IMG/VR virus record: IMGVR_UViG_3300017963_000203
Span: 32,001 to 96,000 of that record
DNA from: a virus
Strand: one strand, 5' to 3'
Length of the DNA: 64,000 nt
The notes under the pieces are model-generated. The model was not told the origin of the DNA. It saw only the letters and a list, made by a program, of their open reading frames with translations, and searched no databases. A program made the translations under genes and the position numbers. Below are positions 19,002 through 29,300 of this stretch, in pieces; positions within the stretch are counted from its first letter, which is position 1, and each line of letters begins with the position of its first letter.

Positions 19002-19904
19002 CTATCTGATGGATCCCGAAAGCGACGTCTTCCCGATCTGTTTCGAGATCGCGGCCGGCCCCTCTCCCTTCGGGATCGGGCCGATGATCTGCTTTCGGAT
19101 GGCTTTGCTTCTCTTCAGCCGCGTCTGTAGATTGCCGTTTGGAGGGCCCGCCACCCTCTGGTTTGGGGCCATCTGAGGGGTTGGCATCTTGGGTCTCATG
19201 CTCTTCGGGAGAGACGCGCCAACCTTGTCAAGCTCGTCCAGGAAGCCGTCCAAGAAGGCTTCAGCGGCGCTCTTGCGGAAGAACTGGCTCACCCCGGGGA
19301 CTTTGACGCCCTTCGAGATTGCCGACCGACTCCGCGAAAGGGCCCTCTCGGAGAACCCGCCCTTCGGCGCCAGACTACTGGGCAACTTGGTCTTGGCCAT
19401 GACCACCCGTGGAATTCTCTCTCCCTTGGGTCCGGTGGTCTCCGGGTACACCTCTTTCACAGAGACCTTGCCCCCAAGACGATGCGCTCGCTGAGCAGAT
19501 TCACGCTCGACTGGATGCCAACCACCGCTCCTCAACTTCTTCCCCTGCTGCATGAAGCTGGAGAGTCCGCTCTCGGCTTCCTTCTCGATACCGGCGAGAA
19601 ATCCAGCGGTAAACGCCTCCTCCGCCTGCTTGATGGTGGAGTTCTTAGCCCTCGTCATGAAGACGTTCTTGTTGATCTTGGGCTCCTCAGGGCCTTTCAC
19701 GCACTTTCCACTGTCGAAGGTCAGCTTGTTGGGCTCCTTGCTTGGAAGGTCCGGCTTCTCCTTCGAGTCGTGACTCGGCGCTCCCTGAGAGGCGTTGACG
19801 TCGGCTTGAGACGGAAGAACGCCGCCGGCCCCCAGCCGATCCTCTGCCATCTTGGCGAATCTCGCCAGAAGATCCTCGTAGGTGATCATGCTCTTCTCCG
19901 TCAA
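19002..19904 (-). CDS. polyprotein-like basic protein with two internal tags
   Basis: AFTAGFLAGIEKEA and AFLDGFLDELDKVG; TTG start. Confidence 0.7.
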   Translation of the reverse strand: MTEKSMITYEDLLARFAKMAEDRLGAGGVLPSQADVNASQGAPSHDSKEKPDLPSKEPNKLTFDSGKCVKGPEEPKINKNVFMTRAKNSTIKQAEEAFTAGFLAGIEKEAESGLSSFMQQGKKLRSGGWHPVERESAQRAHRLGGKVSVKEVYPETTGPKGERIPRVVMAKTKLPSSLAPKGGFSERALSRSRSAISKGVKVPGVSQFFRKSAAEAFLDGFLDELDKVGASLPKSMRPKMPTPQMAPNQRVAGPPNGNLQTRLKRSKAIRKQIIGPIPKGEGPAAISKQIGKTSLSGSIR

Positions 19905-19942
19905 ATGTAGTCCTCTAAGGTTTACTCAGGGGACCCATGATT

Positions 19943-21820
19943 TCAAGACCGAACAGCCGGAACGATCGTCCTGGCGTAGTCCCCGTAATACTGCTTGGCT
20001 GCCAGCCAGCAGTACATCGTCGCCTGAAAAGCATCGTCGGGGAGCGTGTGGTCGTAGCGCATGGTCTGATGATAGTCGTCGTACTCGATGAAGATCGAGG
20101 TGAAGTCGTCGATCATGGGCATCTTGGGGCTGGGGTCGTTCTTCATGAGTTCGAAGCAAGGGAACCGGATGCGGGCCTTCTTGATCGTGTCGATCACATC
20201 CCGCATGTTCTGGAACCGGTCGATCAGGTATCGGCCGTACTTGCCCGCCTTGGGATCGAACTTCACAAGGGCGCGCTGCTGCGTGGACTGGAACTCGAGC
20301 AAGACAGGATCCGGTGTGCCCACATCCACCGGTTTCCACCCGTAGTTGTCCACGAGGTGCTCGTTGTTGATGTGGCCGAAACCATAGTCCGATCCGCAGA
20401 AGGCCACCTGGAACTGCCTGGCGAGCTTGTCGAAATGGAAGGGCTGCTGAACCAGGTCCGATTTCTCGCCCAGGTACTTCTCCATGTAATGAATCCGGAA
20501 CTTCTCGTCGGCGCCGAACGTACCGACGACCACCACGGTGAACGCACGTTTCTTCCTCTTCTTCCCCTGCGTGTCCGTAGATCGAAGACCGGTACCGTGG
20601 TCGATGCCCATGAACATCGGCCGCCCTACCCGGCGAAGACCATCTGGACGGTCCCACGACTTCCGCTCCTCCTCGCAGGCATTTCGGATGTCCTGTTCGG
20701 TGAGGACAAGCTCGCCCTCCTCGCTGGGGAGGCCGAGCGCTTCATTCTGGAAAATGGAGAAAGGGACCTCTGGATCGTGGAGTTTGGAGTGAACTCGCTT
20801 GAATGACTGGAAGGGGACCTGGATCTGGCTGATCCTGAAGCCGAAGCTCTCGTCCAGCTTGCTCGGCCGCATGGCCACCCACTCACCGCCGAAATCATTC
20901 GGGTCCCGCGGATTCTTGTGCTTCTTCGGAAAGATTTCCTTCCCGCATCGCGTGCAGATGAAGAAGAAGTCGCCGATGACGTTTTCGTCCAGGTAGTTCC
21001 AGTGAGAGCAGTGGCTGCACTTGACCATCCACTCGAACTGGCTCGTCTGATCGTAGCGCCTGGGCAGCACGTTCATCTTCGACTTTGGCGTCCCCGTATA
21101 GATCCGGAAGAACCGATCTGGTAGGGCGTGTGACTGGGTCTCCTCGATAACGGGAATTTCGTCGGAGATGATGTCCTGAATCTCGTCGATGTTGACCAGA
21201 TCGGCCGAAACACCGCGAGTGGCGTCGGCTGTCAAATAGCAGGATCGAAAGTTCGCATAGGCTCCGTTGTTGAACTCCTTCATCCCCACCTGCCAGATGT
21301 TCATGGTGGAGAGCATCTCAGCAGCAATACGCGGAGAGTCCTCAGCGATCTTCTTGAAACGCTGCTGGCTGAAGACGGAGACCTGGCTGAACCTGGGCTG
21401 GATGAACAGGGCCTTCATGTTGGGCATGGAGGCCATGAGGGCGATGGACTTACAGGCCGCGGTCGTGCTCTTCTCGCACTGCCGAGCCCACATGAGCACC
21501 ATGTTCCGCGAGCCCTCTGGATGCTTGACGCTCAGGTCGTAGATGGGTTTGAGGTAGGAACGATCGTGACGAATGACCGAGCCGTCCATCTGCTTGATGT
21601 GATCGACGTATCGGAACGGCCAGCCCTTCTCGACGTGGATGATTTCCGGAATGAGATCAGAGAGTGTGGTTACATCCCGTGTAGCCTCTTCATCGTAGAG
21701 AGACTCCTGCTCTGCCTCCCCCATGCCGATGATCAGATTTCCATCTTCGTCGACGAAGTTAATCTCTCGAGGATTGACCGTGCCGTCCTCGATAAACCAG
21801 CCGTCGTTATGACCTGCCAT
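19943..21820 (-). CDS. terL: terminase large subunit (lambda gpA-like)
   Basis: Walker A-like WARQCEKST, Walker B VNIDEIQD, GTPK, CxxC..CxxC, nuclease MGIDHG and DDAFQA. Confidence 0.9.
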   Translation of the reverse strand: MAGHNDGWFIEDGTVNPREINFVDEDGNLIIGMGEAEQESLYDEEATRDVTTLSDLIPEIIHVEKGWPFRYVDHIKQMDGSVIRHDRSYLKPIYDLSVKHPEGSRNMVLMWARQCEKSTTAACKSIALMASMPNMKALFIQPRFSQVSVFSQQRFKKIAEDSPRIAAEMLSTMNIWQVGMKEFNNGAYANFRSCYLTADATRGVSADLVNIDEIQDIISDEIPVIEETQSHALPDRFFRIYTGTPKSKMNVLPRRYDQTSQFEWMVKCSHCSHWNYLDENVIGDFFFICTRCGKEIFPKKHKNPRDPNDFGGEWVAMRPSKLDESFGFRISQIQVPFQSFKRVHSKLHDPEVPFSIFQNEALGLPSEEGELVLTEQDIRNACEEERKSWDRPDGLRRVGRPMFMGIDHGTGLRSTDTQGKKRKKRAFTVVVVGTFGADEKFRIHYMEKYLGEKSDLVQQPFHFDKLARQFQVAFCGSDYGFGHINNEHLVDNYGWKPVDVGTPDPVLLEFQSTQQRALVKFDPKAGKYGRYLIDRFQNMRDVIDTIKKARIRFPCFELMKNDPSPKMPMIDDFTSIFIEYDDYHQTMRYDHTLPDDAFQATMYCWLAAKQYYGDYARTIVPAVRS

Positions 21821-22835
21821 CAGCCAACTGCCCCTGAATCTCCGCGTTGATGGATTTGAACTCCCTGTCGGAAGCGACGATGGAAATGTTCTGGAAGAAC
21901 GAGCCACCTTGGACAGGCTTGTCCACGTCTCCGCGCGTCACACCCACCTTGGTGTAAGAGTTGAGGTGCTGGTGAACGTGCTTGAATCCTTCCCCCTTCA
22001 TAGCCAACGTCGCGAGAATCTTCTTCTCGAGATCGACAGCCACGATGCGCAGCGTCTCCTGGAAGTGAGGCTCCTTCCCTTCGCGAATACGCAGTTCGCC
22101 TGTGGTCATCCCCCTGGCTTTGCTCTTCGCCTTCCTCTCGGTGGGTAGGATGATGCCCAGGTAGTACCGCCAGTCACGCTCGGTCATGGGCGCGATGTCG
22201 TAAAAAACAGACATGTAGAGGTCGAGCGCCACATTCTTCCACTGCTGTCCGGAGAGCTCCTCCATAGCGGCCTGATGGTCGGCCCGGGTCCCTCGCGTGG
22301 TCACAACGCTCTCTATGATGTTCTTGGTTTTGGCGTCACCCAGGAACGAAAAGAAATTATCCATCCACAAGGGGTTCGAATACGGGACGATGACGCCGAT
22401 GACCCGAAGGAGCATCTCATAGGCGCCTTTCTGCTTCGCCGACGGAGCCTTGCGTTTCTTCACCGTGTCCTTGAGTTCCTTCGGGATCCTGGACAGGAAC
22501 CGCTTCTCGAGCTTCTTGTAGTAACCGAGCCCGAACTTGGGGGACGCGAGGTTGCGCTGATGGATCTCGGCCACGGCCTCCTTCTGTGGTGTGGTGAGGA
22601 ACTTGAGGCAGAGGAAACGGTGGAACGGAAGAATGTGGCCGTTCTCGCGCCCGCTCCCCCCGAAACTGTAGATGTGATTCTTGGCGCATCTGAGGATGAA
22701 GTCGTCGCGTGGATCGATCTTGTAGAGGATGCGGCCGTGTTTCGCCTGCGGCTTCGCCTTCAAGAGATCCTGGACCTCATTGAAAGTGGCCGGCGAAATG
22801 CCGTACTTCTCGCAGATTTGGACTCGTGTAATCAT
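21807..22835 (-). CDS. hypothetical protein with N-terminal HTH; candidate small terminase
   Basis: TRVQICEKYGISPATF HTH-like start; directly upstream of and overlapping terL. Confidence 0.45.
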   Translation of the reverse strand: MITRVQICEKYGISPATFNEVQDLLKAKPQAKHGRILYKIDPRDDFILRCAKNHIYSFGGSGRENGHILPFHRFLCLKFLTTPQKEAVAEIHQRNLASPKFGLGYYKKLEKRFLSRIPKELKDTVKKRKAPSAKQKGAYEMLLRVIGVIVPYSNPLWMDNFFSFLGDAKTKNIIESVVTTRGTRADHQAAMEELSGQQWKNVALDLYMSVFYDIAPMTERDWRYYLGIILPTERKAKSKARGMTTGELRIREGKEPHFQETLRIVAVDLEKKILATLAMKGEGFKHVHQHLNSYTKVGVTRGDVDKPVQGGSFFQNISIVASDREFKSINAEIQGQLADGRS

Positions 22836-23335
22836 CGCATGTGAATGACGTACTCTGTCTTATCATAACCAAACAGAGAATTTTCCAAAGCCTTTCGGTT
22901 TGAAGATGGCGTAGATCTGATGTGCTCCAGGTTCGCAAAAAGGTGAGATTCGACCCCATCGTCGAGAATCGAGGCCATGAACAGGCCGCCACCTTTTTTC
23001 TTCACGACGATGATTTCCACCTCCCCGTACATCTCGGCCAGGTCACGCCACAAGTATGCCCAGTCGTCTGAACGACCGCACCCGGAAGCCGCTGTGATCC
23101 ACGGCCGCTGAGAGAACCCGAACCACCGCAACGAGACTTCGTCGCAAGAAAACCCGCGCTGATCCATATCGGAAGACACGAGGCCCCAACGTGGAGCGCG
23201 GGTCCGCAGATACCGGAGGACCCCGAGACCACGGTGCTCAATATCGCTTGAGAGCCACGCCTGAAACGCCGATGGAATCACGCCCCAGGCTGGTCTCACG
23301 TAGCGAAACCAGGCGCTGGTGATCAGACGTATCAA
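22832..23335 (-). CDS. hypothetical protein
   Basis: 167 aa, coupled to both neighbours. Confidence 0.6.
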   Translation of the reverse strand: MIRLITSAWFRYVRPAWGVIPSAFQAWLSSDIEHRGLGVLRYLRTRAPRWGLVSSDMDQRGFSCDEVSLRWFGFSQRPWITAASGCGRSDDWAYLWRDLAEMYGEVEIIVVKKKGGGLFMASILDDGVESHLFANLEHIRSTPSSNRKALENSLFGYDKTEYVIHMR

Positions 23336-24879
23336 CCCTCGCTTTCCATGATGGTGTGGCTGTACTGCCGCAGGTCACGTTCCGCGTTGTCCAAGGCGTA
23401 CATGGCCGTCTTCAGGGGCTCCTGGGAGACGGGCAGGCCCAGCCTCGACGCCAGGAGGAGTTTCGCGCACGCCTCCTTCGCCTGACCGAGCTTCTCGATC
23501 TGGTCCACGAACTTGTAGGCATTCTCCTCGGTGATGAAGTTCAACCCGAGCATGGCGTCGACGGTGTTCTTCGCCTCGTCGTCGTCCACGTCCAGGGCGA
23601 TCTTCACGAATTTCTGGCCGTCCACCGTGGAGAGGGGCAGCCACTTGCCGCTCACCGGCTGAACGAAGGCTGCCTCTTTCATGAGGTTGGGGTAGGAGCC
23701 TCGGAACGCCGGTCGCGGCTGTTCCTTCGCGCTGGCGTCTTTCTCCATGGTCACGGGCTCGTAAGAACCGAGCTTCGCCATCTTCGAGCAGGGAACGAAA
23801 GACCAGTCCTGGCTGATGAAGAGACCACCCTGGTCGTCCATGTGGATGTTCTTGATGTTGGGCGAGACGTGAATCTCCCGCGTGCCGTAAATGGAGTCCA
23901 CCGCGATCTTGTCGATGCCGCCCGGCATCGTTGCGCGACCCACCACTTTCACGGGCTCGGTGGCGATGATGCTTCCGTTCTTCTGGAGAACGAAGGCGCC
24001 CCACCCGTTGGGGTCCTTCCCGAAAGAGGCGGTCTTGTCGAGGGCCACCTCTTCACCGAAGATCGGGTCGCTGGCGTAGTAGTACCGATCTCCGCCGAGT
24101 TCGAAGACGCCCATGACGCCGTCTCGCACCTTCCCGTCCAGACCGAAGATGTGATCGGCCACGATGCACGTGGTGTCTTCGTTGCCCATGGCGACCTTGA
24201 AGACGCCGGCCTTCGTGATCTGAGGCTTCCGGATCTTCACCGGGAGCGCCTTGCGCTTGAGCATGTCCGTGGCCTTGGGGCCGGCCACTGCCGACGTCTT
24301 CTCGGCCTCTTTCGACGCACGAGCATTGTCGGCGAAGACCTGGCGGAACGAGGCGTTCTTTCGCATGGCCCACTCGAGCGCTTCCTGAGATCCGAAGGCG
24401 AGCTGGGCTTCCCTCTCGAAAGACTCGAAGGGAAGGTCGATCTTGGCCGCATAGACGTAACGGCCATCGTAGGGCGGCTGCGTCCGGGAGAAGAGGGCCA
24501 TGTCGCTCGCGGCACCCTCCCCGGGCTCCACGGGCTTGCCCAGGGTCGTTCCCTGAACGATCTCCTGGAGCGACGACTTGGTGAGCGGATGGAGCCTTCC
24601 GTTCACCCAGAAAACGTCGAGTGGGGAGAGGCGGAAGTTGTCCACCACGAGAGGGATCGATACCTTGTCATCGAGCTGGATCTGCCCGACGCCGGCACCG
24701 TTCTCCGCGTCCACCCGGTTGAAGTTCACCTGGACCTTGGCGTTGGCGAGCCACGGATAGGACTGGTGGAGGAACTTCACCACCTCCTGCATCCACTCGT
24801 CCGGGTTCTTGCTCAGCTTGACGTTGGCTTCCTTCTCGAAGGTGCCGAGCACTTTCTCCGTGATGAAGAGATTTTCCAT
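23332..24879 (-). CDS. putative internal virion protein with many KxA sites
   Basis: 515 aa; FEKEAN, LDKTAS, MEKDAS, LMKEAA, FVKIAL. Confidence 0.75.
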   Translation of the reverse strand: MENLFITEKVLGTFEKEANVKLSKNPDEWMQEVVKFLHQSYPWLANAKVQVNFNRVDAENGAGVGQIQLDDKVSIPLVVDNFRLSPLDVFWVNGRLHPLTKSSLQEIVQGTTLGKPVEPGEGAASDMALFSRTQPPYDGRYVYAAKIDLPFESFEREAQLAFGSQEALEWAMRKNASFRQVFADNARASKEAEKTSAVAGPKATDMLKRKALPVKIRKPQITKAGVFKVAMGNEDTTCIVADHIFGLDGKVRDGVMGVFELGGDRYYYASDPIFGEEVALDKTASFGKDPNGWGAFVLQKNGSIIATEPVKVVGRATMPGGIDKIAVDSIYGTREIHVSPNIKNIHMDDQGGLFISQDWSFVPCSKMAKLGSYEPVTMEKDASAKEQPRPAFRGSYPNLMKEAAFVQPVSGKWLPLSTVDGQKFVKIALDVDDDEAKNTVDAMLGLNFITEENAYKFVDQIEKLGQAKEACAKLLLASRLGLPVSQEPLKTAMYALDNAERDLRQYSHTIMESEG

Positions 24880-24888
24880 GACTCGCTC

Positions 24889-26316
24889 CTACGACAGCGT
24901 TTTCGAAGTCAGTACCTTGCTCGACGACGATGCCTGCGGCTGATCCAACGTCTGCTGGATGTCCGTTGACTGAAGGGCCGTCGGCGGCGTACCGGGCGTG
25001 ATGAGAACGGGATGAGTGTGCAGTTTAATGGCGCTCATGTCCGCATCGTACTTGGTCAGGAACCTCTCGTCCACGAGACCCATACCCCTGACCGAAAGAT
25101 CCGTGTTCAGATTGATCGCCATCAGCTCCCCGCTTCCGCTGATGTCCAGCTTGTCACCAGACACCTGGTACGTCAGGTTGGGCACCCCGTCGGTGCCCTC
25201 CGGAACCTGAATGCTTTCGCCGTCCACCACGAGCGACGACGCCATGGGCGACTGGCTGTTGAATTTTAGCTGGCCGCCCACGATCTCGAGCATCCCAGCG
25301 ATCTGAACACCCTTGTCCGTCAGAGCGATGAACTTATCGCTGGCCCACGTGAGTGAGATGCGCTTGTCGTCCATGAGAATCGAGCGACCTTTCCGCTTGA
25401 GCACAAGCATGCTGTCGCTCAGAACGACCTTGTTGTCCCCCCAAACGAGACCGATTTGGTTTTCGTTCATCCGGAACTGGGCATCCTTGCCGAACGTGTC
25501 CTGTCCGGCCTGAATCGCCACCTTAGAGAGTCTGACCTCTTTGGCCTGATTATCCACCTCGAGCAGCGCGTGCGTCCCCAAGAGCGCCCACACACCTTCG
25601 GAGATGGTCTGCCCCTTTGTCTCCACAGAGACGTTCTTGGTGGGGCGGTTCCCGTTCGAAACTGCGCCAGCGACGATATCCACGTCACGGTCAGCTTCGT
25701 CGGATGGATCACTGTTGATGCTGATGGTGGTCGTGGCCTGCTTGGTCTTGTCGTCGGTCTGGACCTTAAAGCTGTATCCGGCGAAGATCTGCCAGCAATC
25801 CTTGGCCCAAGTGACCGCAAGACTCTTCACCCGACTCAGAAGACGGAAACAGAAGTTCGAGGCCAGGGAGAGGATGTCACCGTTCTCGTAGATCTGGTGA
25901 TAACTACGAGGATCATCCCGGTTCTGCATGACCACATCGCCCTCCAACGGTGGGTCAATAACATATTCCCCGAAGTCAGCCATGTCGATGCTGTATCGGT
26001 CGTGGAGGGCCCTACGAAGCTCGAGGTCCTTCTGGTACACGGCACCCGCAGGAGATTCTCTTTCCTTCGTGGGCGCCCTTGACGAAGCAACTTCGCCGAG
26101 AATGAGCCAGCTTGACGTGGCAAACTTGATACAGGCCACCCGAGTGCCGACAGGGTACGGCTTGTAGGCACCGCTCATGATTGGGCGAGCGATCCCCTCA
26201 CTTTTCCCATCGAGAGCGATTCGGTACGTGTTCACGCCGGGATCGTACGTGCGCACGAAACCCATGTTGAACGCCGCTTCTTGCGCTGAATCGCCGAACA
26301 GTCCCGATCGCAGCAT
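24889..26316 (-). CDS. baseplate spike/puncturing protein (gpV/gp5-like)
   Basis: N-terminal OB-like GTRVAC..WLILG, beta-helix-like repeats and C-terminal HTH (HxH) metal motif. Confidence 0.65.
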   Translation of the reverse strand: MLRSGLFGDSAQEAAFNMGFVRTYDPGVNTYRIALDGKSEGIARPIMSGAYKPYPVGTRVACIKFATSSWLILGEVASSRAPTKERESPAGAVYQKDLELRRALHDRYSIDMADFGEYVIDPPLEGDVVMQNRDDPRSYHQIYENGDILSLASNFCFRLLSRVKSLAVTWAKDCWQIFAGYSFKVQTDDKTKQATTTISINSDPSDEADRDVDIVAGAVSNGNRPTKNVSVETKGQTISEGVWALLGTHALLEVDNQAKEVRLSKVAIQAGQDTFGKDAQFRMNENQIGLVWGDNKVVLSDSMLVLKRKGRSILMDDKRISLTWASDKFIALTDKGVQIAGMLEIVGGQLKFNSQSPMASSLVVDGESIQVPEGTDGVPNLTYQVSGDKLDISGSGELMAINLNTDLSVRGMGLVDERFLTKYDADMSAIKLHTHPVLITPGTPPTALQSTDIQQTLDQPQASSSSKVLTSKTLS

Positions 26317-26317
26317 C

Positions 26318-29300
26318 TCACTCCTCGAGCTTGTCCACAAGTTCCTGTAGAGCCGCACTCACGTCCCCGTCGAGATCGGAATGAACAACCTCTTCGGGCT
26401 CGACCATCAGGGACATTATAGAGTCGATCTCACGGGTGAGAGCCACCTTGGACATGTTCTGGTCCACTTTCGTGTTGAAGTACTTTCCGAAAGCGTACGT
26501 AGCAATGGGATGGCCACCAGGACCGATGTTGGAAACGGCTCCGAGCCCCGGGGCGGCCTTGAGTGTCTGGTGGGGCCGCTCGGCTACGAGCTGACCGATG
26601 AAGTCGTTCGCGTATTGAGGAGCCTTCCTGATGGACAAGAGCGTAGGCGTGAACACAATGGGCTGCTTTCCCTTCTTCCGCAGCTTCTTGTTCATGGCCT
26701 CCAGATTGTTCACGGAGATCACGTCGCCTCGGTGCACCCCGAACTCCACGTCTGCATCGCCCGGCTCGTCCACTTGGGCCCGTGTCGTGAGTGGATGGAT
26801 GGCAGTCTCGAAGATCTTCCGCTTCACCCGGACGCCGGCGTCGGTGAAGACCCGGCTCATGTCACCGATCATTCTCTCCTGAACGACGTGGATGTCGTTG
26901 GTGGCCGCGAGGACATCCTGAGGCTTGACAGCCCCGCCAGCCGAGAGCATCTGACCGGCTCGAACGGATTGACCCTTCTTCACGCCCAGACCGACCTCCT
27001 TGGGCACGAAGTGTCGCATTCCCGCGACACTCACGTTCCAGCCGCCAGCGGCGGAAGTCTCTATGCTGTCGATCTTTCCGCCCTGGAGTGCCAAAATGGC
27101 ACGGCCCTTCACATTGGTGGGCATCTCAAGGATCTGTTTCAGCCTGGGGTAGCCCAAACTTGCACCGCCCAGGGCGCCGCCCGTGTGAAACGTCTTCATC
27201 GTGAGCTGCGTTGCCGGCTCCGAAATCGTTTGACCGGCGAGTGTTCCGACATGGTAACCCACGTTGGGGAGGTTTCCGTTCTCCAACGGACCAAAGCACA
27301 TGGCGCAGACGCCCCGAGTGGCCTGGCACCGTAGGGGAGACCGAACCTTGATCTTCTTCACGCCGCGCGCCTTGAGGTTCCTGATGAGCTGCGGGTCGGT
27401 GATCTTCCCGCGGTATGGCCCACTGGCCACGACCCGGTCAAGCGCTTCTGGATCCGTGATGCCCATTTCGATACCCATGGTCGTCCCGCAATCCCGCGCT
27501 GAGATGGTCGTGTCCACTGTAGCGGCGATGAGCGCCTTTCCGAATGCGCCGGTGTCAGCCGTCGAAAGCGTACGGTCCATGAGGCCCTTCCGGGAGCCGG
27601 GGATCATGGCCCAGAAGCTGCCCATGTCCATGCCCTCGGAGAAGGACTTCTCGATGGGCACCTCGATGATCTTCCCCTCGTGATCTGTCACGGCCACGGG
27701 CGAGGCGACCATCTGGGTGATCATATTGGACTTCCCGAAAGCCCCGGAGAGTGGACCTCCGATGACCATCCGGTTGTCCACCTTGGCCTTGACCGCACGC
27801 TCCATCTCCTTCTGGGCCCGCCCGTAGGCCTTGGCGAAGCCCATGGTCTTGGCGTTCTTCTTCGCCTTGGCCAAAATGGAGTCGCGCTCGTTCTTCGGGA
27901 AGGAGAGATCGCCCAGGTCGAAAGACCATCCAATCTCGGTCACGTACTTGTTCCCGAGATCCTTGATCTTCGAAATCACCTGGCCGGCCACGGCCGGCTT
28001 CTTCCTGGCAACGTCATGGATGATCTTCATGAGCTTCCCCTTGTCGACCGAGATGTTTCCCGGTTTGAATCCGACAGGGAACGCCTGGTTGAAGATGATC
28101 TGCCCTGCGCAAATCCGATTCCCGTGAATTGACACCGCTTGATTGGCTTTGATGCGGCCGCTCCGGTACATCTGGAGAACCTCGTTCTCTGAGCTCGCCT
28201 TAGTGACCGCTGCGCCTTTCGGGGTGGTCATGAGGTAGACCCCGAGAACCATTTCCATCGATGGAGAGTGGATCAGGCTGTTATCCCGGGGACTGAAGAG
28301 GTTGTTGCTCGGGAGCAGATTTGTCGTAGCCTCGCGGCGAGCATCCTCCGACACCGGTACGTGGACCTGCATGGCGTCGCCATCGAAATCGGCGTTGAAC
28401 CCCTTCACCACGAGAGGGTTGATCTCGATGGCCTTACCCTTCGTGAGCATGGGCTTGAAGGAGAGAAGGCTGAATTTGTGGAGGGACGGGGCTCGGTTCA
28501 GCACGACCGGCCGCTCCCGGACTACGGCCTCGAGTGCGGAGAGGGCTGAAGGATCTCGCTTCTCGATCAGTTCCCTGGCCTTCAGTGGCGGATACCCGAG
28601 CATCCCCATCCTCTGGACGATGAAAGGCTTGTAGATGGTGAAGGCCATTTCCTCGGGAATCTTCGCCTCATCGATGCCGAGTTTGGGGTCCGGGATGATC
28701 GTGGACCGGCCGGTGAGGTCCTGCCTGCGCTTCAGCACACGACCTTGAAAGAGGCCGTACTTGTTCTGCTGTCCCTTGATGGTGGCCAGGAATCCCTTGA
28801 AATTCTGGCTTCTGGTCAGAGGCTCCTGCAACCCCACCAGCCCACGGACCGCACCGTAGAGCTGCGCCCGGAGTGGAGCAAGGTTCTTGTCGTCCACACC
28901 CAAGCTCTTGAGGTCCTTGATCTGGTTGTTCACCATGAGGACCTCTCGGTAGCCGTGTACGGGATCCGCCACGTTCAGCGTTCCGTCCGGATTGGGGTAG
29001 ATGGGGCGCATCTTGGCCGGAACGACGGGCACCTTCGAGTTGAGGTACGCCTTCGCCGGCGTCAGGTTCACAGCCTTGAGCGCACGGAGATATCGGAGCT
29101 TCTTGATGGCTACGTCACGCCGATCCCCCTTCAACCCGCTGACCTGGCGCCGCAAACTCCTCAGCTCTCCGTCCACGTCGATCTTCGATAGAAGAATCTT
29201 GAGACCTTCGCCGCCCGTCTTGTTCTGAGGTGCGTGATCGTGGGTGATCTCTCCCTCCGGCGTGACCCACAACGTGCCGTTGATGAGTCCGTTAAACTGC

